The translations under genes and the position numbers were made by a program. Of a stretch of 38,255 bases of DNA, positions 35,591-38,255 are shown piece by piece. Source of the DNA: a virus. Lineage: Duplodnaviria; Caudoviricetes. Location of the stretch: positions 1-38,255 of IMG/VR virus record IMGVR_UViG_3300032243_000178. The stretch is one strand, 5' to 3'. The notes below the pieces were generated by a model that ran no database searches, was not told the DNA's origin, and saw nothing but the letters and a program-made list of their open reading frames with translations. Position 1 is the stretch's first letter. The number at the start of each line of letters is the position of its first letter.

Positions 35591-37423
35591 ATGGATGCAA
35601 CAAACAATATCGCTACGGATTTATTTTACAAAATTAGAAGCCGCTTTACAGGCTTAAAATTAGGCGCCTCATCAGGCGAAGTAACTATTAATCCAGAAGA
35701 AGCACGTTTCTTTGATTTTGACTATCAAGAAGAAGGTAACACCATTGGGCATGTTAGTATCAGTTTAGCTGAAGATAACTCGATGAAAGTTTACTTTTCT
35801 ACAGGAATTACAGAATCTATGAATCCAGGGGAAAAGAAAAATTGGTACAAATTTTTAAGAGAATTGCGTATGTTTGCTAAACGTAGATTAATGAGTTTTG
35901 ATACTCGTGACATCACCAAAGACAATCTTGACAAAAAAGATTATGCATTTCTTAGTCAGCATAACAACCCCACAGCGCAAGCTAACACAACAACACCGGT
36001 CGGAGAAAGTGTAATGAATGAAAGCACACTATATGGCTCAAAAACAATGAGCTATCAGAAATTAGAAGATACAAGATTGATTATTAAACATAGTCAAGCA
36101 CTAGCCGATGATATGGCACCAGGTGCAAGATCAAGAAACATTTCAGCATTGTTTGTTGAAAATGCAGACGGTGAAAGATTTAAATATCCTTTCATTCATT
36201 TAGCAGGTGCTCGTGCAATGCAACGCCACGTAGCCAACGGCGGCATGCCATATGATGATCTCGGTAAAAGCATTATTGGTATGAGTGAAGAAATTGCTCA
36301 ACTAAAGAGTTTTGGCAATTATGTTGTTCGTAACGACCTAATGAATTCTGACACTAACGGTATTGTAGAACGCAGTTCAACAGCATTAAACAATCTACGT
36401 GAAACAATTGCAAAATTAGCAAAACAAGGCCACTATGAGGCGTATAGAGAATCATTCCAGACACAGCAACCAATGGAAGTTCCACAAGACGTAGTAGAAG
36501 ATTTCACAGAAAAATTCACGGTTAAAAACTTTAAAGAAGATATCAAATCTGTATTTCCGGTATTGTACAGACTAATGAAAGAAGCTAATACCATAGGCTA
36601 TGACGACATAGTCGCAATGACAACTCCAGAGGCTGTTGAAGGCGATCTAGAAGTTGTTGAGCATAATGATCCGTTTGCAGCATTTGAAAACTGGGCAATG
36701 AGCCTTGGCGAAGAAAGTGCAATCCAGAGCCAAGACCCAGAAGAACAAAGAGTTGCATTACAAGATTTACAAGATCTTGTTGGTCAACATTTTCCAGCAG
36801 GTGATGGCGGCATGAACGCTATACAAAGTCTAAAAGGCATCATCAACGATCCACAATTATATCAAGAAATTAAAAAACAAGCACAAGAAGAAGGTGACGA
36901 CTCTTGTGTACGAGGCCTAGTAAAAGATTGGCTAGAAGACAATGCACCAGAAGTTGCAAATGAATTAGACTTCGGTGATTATGAAGAAGAAGGCGACAGC
37001 GAGCCAGATGACAATACTGACGACAGTTATGCATTGGCAAGTGCCGGTCACGGTAGTGACGAAGATTACGAAAGTGCTGAGCCCAAGACAGACGATGACG
37101 AACCGCCATTTGATCCAGATGAAAAATCATCATTTAAGAAGCCAAATAATCCTAACAGAACAGGCATGGACTCCGCTAAAGCATTGGCACAAAGAGGTCA
37201 AAAATTAAATGTAAAAGAAATTGCTGAATTTGTACATAGTTTCTATGACAGAGATTCAGGCACATTCCCTAAAGGCCCAGAAGGCGTTGCTACAATGGTA
37301 GGCAAGAAATTTGGTGAACAGGCAGAACACGTTGCTCGCAAATTTGTCGAAAGAATGGCCCCACAACAACAAGCCCCAGAAATATCAGAATTGGCACGTA
37401 TTAGAGAATTAGCAGGCTATTAA
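35591..37423 (+). CDS. Conserved-looking phage hypothetical protein, possibly head-associated
   Basis: Start moved to MDATNNIA (TAAATA at 35580, N5, ATG). Folded-looking N-terminal part, acidic linker, C-terminal ELARIRELAGY. Confidence 0.75.
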   Translation: MDATNNIATDLFYKIRSRFTGLKLGASSGEVTINPEEARFFDFDYQEEGNTIGHVSISLAEDNSMKVYFSTGITESMNPGEKKNWYKFLRELRMFAKRRLMSFDTRDITKDNLDKKDYAFLSQHNNPTAQANTTTPVGESVMNESTLYGSKTMSYQKLEDTRLIIKHSQALADDMAPGARSRNISALFVENADGERFKYPFIHLAGARAMQRHVANGGMPYDDLGKSIIGMSEEIAQLKSFGNYVVRNDLMNSDTNGIVERSSTALNNLRETIAKLAKQGHYEAYRESFQTQQPMEVPQDVVEDFTEKFTVKNFKEDIKSVFPVLYRLMKEANTIGYDDIVAMTTPEAVEGDLEVVEHNDPFAAFENWAMSLGEESAIQSQDPEEQRVALQDLQDLVGQHFPAGDGGMNAIQSLKGIINDPQLYQEIKKQAQEEGDDSCVRGLVKDWLEDNAPEVANELDFGDYEEEGDSEPDDNTDDSYALASAGHGSDEDYESAEPKTDDDEPPFDPDEKSSFKKPNNPNRTGMDSAKALAQRGQKLNVKEIAEFVHSFYDRDSGTFPKGPEGVATMVGKKFGEQAEHVARKFVERMAPQQQAPEISELARIRELAGY

Positions 37424-37460
37424 AGATTGTTCGTTGCAGTTAGAGTGGATTAAGCACTCG

Positions 37461-37490
37461 AAAGAAGGACACTAGGTGTCCTTTCTTTTT
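37461..37490 (+). terminator. Intrinsic terminator
   Basis: AAGGACAC-TAG-GTGTCCTT followed by TCTTTTT. Confidence 0.8.
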
Positions 37491-37562
37491 GGCGAAATGA
37501 AATCAAACTTTCTTGTCAACTAACCATCTTACTAAAGCGTTGTATATATGCAGGAGGCATTT

Positions 37563-37715
37563 ATGAACACGTTTTGTAATAAAGAAAAGCCAGGCAAGAA
37601 CGAGCCGTATGTAAAGATTACACATTCCTTAAGAGTGGTTAGTCCGGACTGCGACACCAAACGATCTGGGCCTTGCAAGCTCCCTGCTAGTTCACTTAAC
37701 CTCAAAGGAAAATAA
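37563..37715 (+). CDS. Small 50-aa ORF absent from the ORF track
   Basis: AGGAGG SD 5 nt before ATG; MNTFCNKEKPGK...NLKGK*; stop lies 1 nt before the next ATG. Confidence 0.5.
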   Translation: MNTFCNKEKPGKNEPYVKITHSLRVVSPDCDTKRSGPCKLPASSLNLKGK

Positions 37716-37716
37716 A

Positions 37717-37923
37717 ATGAACAAACTTATCGCAATTTTAGCAGTAGCACTATCTACATCAGTTTTTGCAGCAGATCCAGCAGCTAACAAAGCAACTGAA
37801 GTTGCCAAAGCCGATGCAACAAAAACAGCAGTAGCCAAGAAAGAGGCAGCGAAGCCTGCAAAAAGTACTCCTGTCAAGGACGAAAAGGCAGCAGCACCAG
37901 CTGCTAAGCCAGCCTCAAAGTAA
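37717..37923 (+). CDS. Small exported Ala/Lys-rich protein with Sec signal peptide
   Basis: AAAGGA SD; MNKLIAILAVALSTSVFA|A signal peptide followed by an A/K/P-rich disordered tail. Confidence 0.75.
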   Translation: MNKLIAILAVALSTSVFAADPAANKATEVAKADATKTAVAKKEAAKPAKSTPVKDEKAAAPAAKPASK

Positions 37924-38119
37924 ACCGTTAGAGGTAGACGATCAGGACGACAATTATGACGAAGACATTGATTTTTATGTCGCATATCGTCGTCCTGAAC
38001 TAGTCAAAGTCTGCTATAATTTATTAGACGATGACGAAGAATTACCAACACACATTACAGAGAGACTAGCTCAAATAAGAGCAATGGCACTGGAAAAATA
38101 TAAAGAAGTCTGGGGTTGA
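37922..38119 (+). CDS. Protein-like open frame without a canonical start
   Basis: Reads KPLEVDDQDDNYDEDIDFYVAYRRPELVKVCYNLLDDDEELPTHITERLAQIRAMALEKYKEVWG*, ending inside a terminator. Confidence 0.35.
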   Translation, partial: KPLEVDDQDDNYDEDIDFYVAYRRPELVKVCYNLLDDDEELPTHITERLAQIRAMALEKYKEVWG

Positions 38120-38137
38120 TTACTCCAGATTTTTTTT
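38107..38137 (+). terminator. Intrinsic terminator
   Basis: AGTCTGGGGT-TGATT-ACTCCAGATT (with G-U pairs) followed by a T-run. Confidence 0.65.
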
Positions 38138-38170
38138 GGCAAAATAAATCAATAAAACAGCAGATAATCA

Positions 38171-38199
38171 TTGACCTTGCTAAATAAAAAGCGCATAAT
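38171..38199 (+). promoter_or_regulatory. sigma70-type promoter with an embedded TAAATA late motif
   Basis: TTGACC(38171)-17 nt-CATAAT(38194); TAAATA at 38181; AGGAGG SD at 38242 for a gene starting beyond the window. Confidence 0.7.
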
Positions 38200-38255
38200 A
38201 ATACATGTGCATAAGGCATATAAACATTTTAGGCATAACATAGGAGGCATTTAAA

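Noticed and set aside
37692-37985. 97-aa minus-strand ORF
   Set aside because: It is the antisense mirror of the signal-peptide gene, which has the SD and a coherent protein signature.
1-38255. Alternative genetic code (stop codon reassignment)
   Set aside because: Core genes are intact in the standard code, Cys uses TGT/TGC and TGA acts as a stop. TAG stops look rare but no gene needs read-through.
37424-38255. tRNA, CRISPR array or known ncRNA in intergenic space
   Set aside because: No cloverleaf/T-loop signature or regularly spaced direct repeats seen; most of the space is explained by small ORFs and terminators.

Overview
A roughly 40% GC, densely coding segment of a large T4-superfamily (myovirus) phage genome covering the virion structural region. 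Bases 1-20.7 kb hold an appendage/tail-fibre module: two giant modular proteins, small adaptors, three tandem ~10%-cysteine Gly-rich paralogs, a GT9-like glycosyltransferase and a NodU/CmcH carbamoyltransferase. Bases 20.7-38.2 kb hold neck and tail genes (gp15/gp14 on the minus strand, divergent from gp13), dNMP kinase, a long tail sheath, tail tube, gp4, terminase, putative internal head proteins and a small accessory cluster. Main signals: (1) the Cys-rich trio linked to GT and carbamoyltransferase, a possible virion-decoration system; (2) helical repeats in both giant proteins that resemble the bilin-attachment region of phycobiliproteins (KC.RD.G.YL...GG); (3) a recurrent TAAATA-N5-ATG pattern implying leaderless late mRNAs, including a palindromic bidirectional promoter. 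All calls come from motif recognition by eye; no searches were run.
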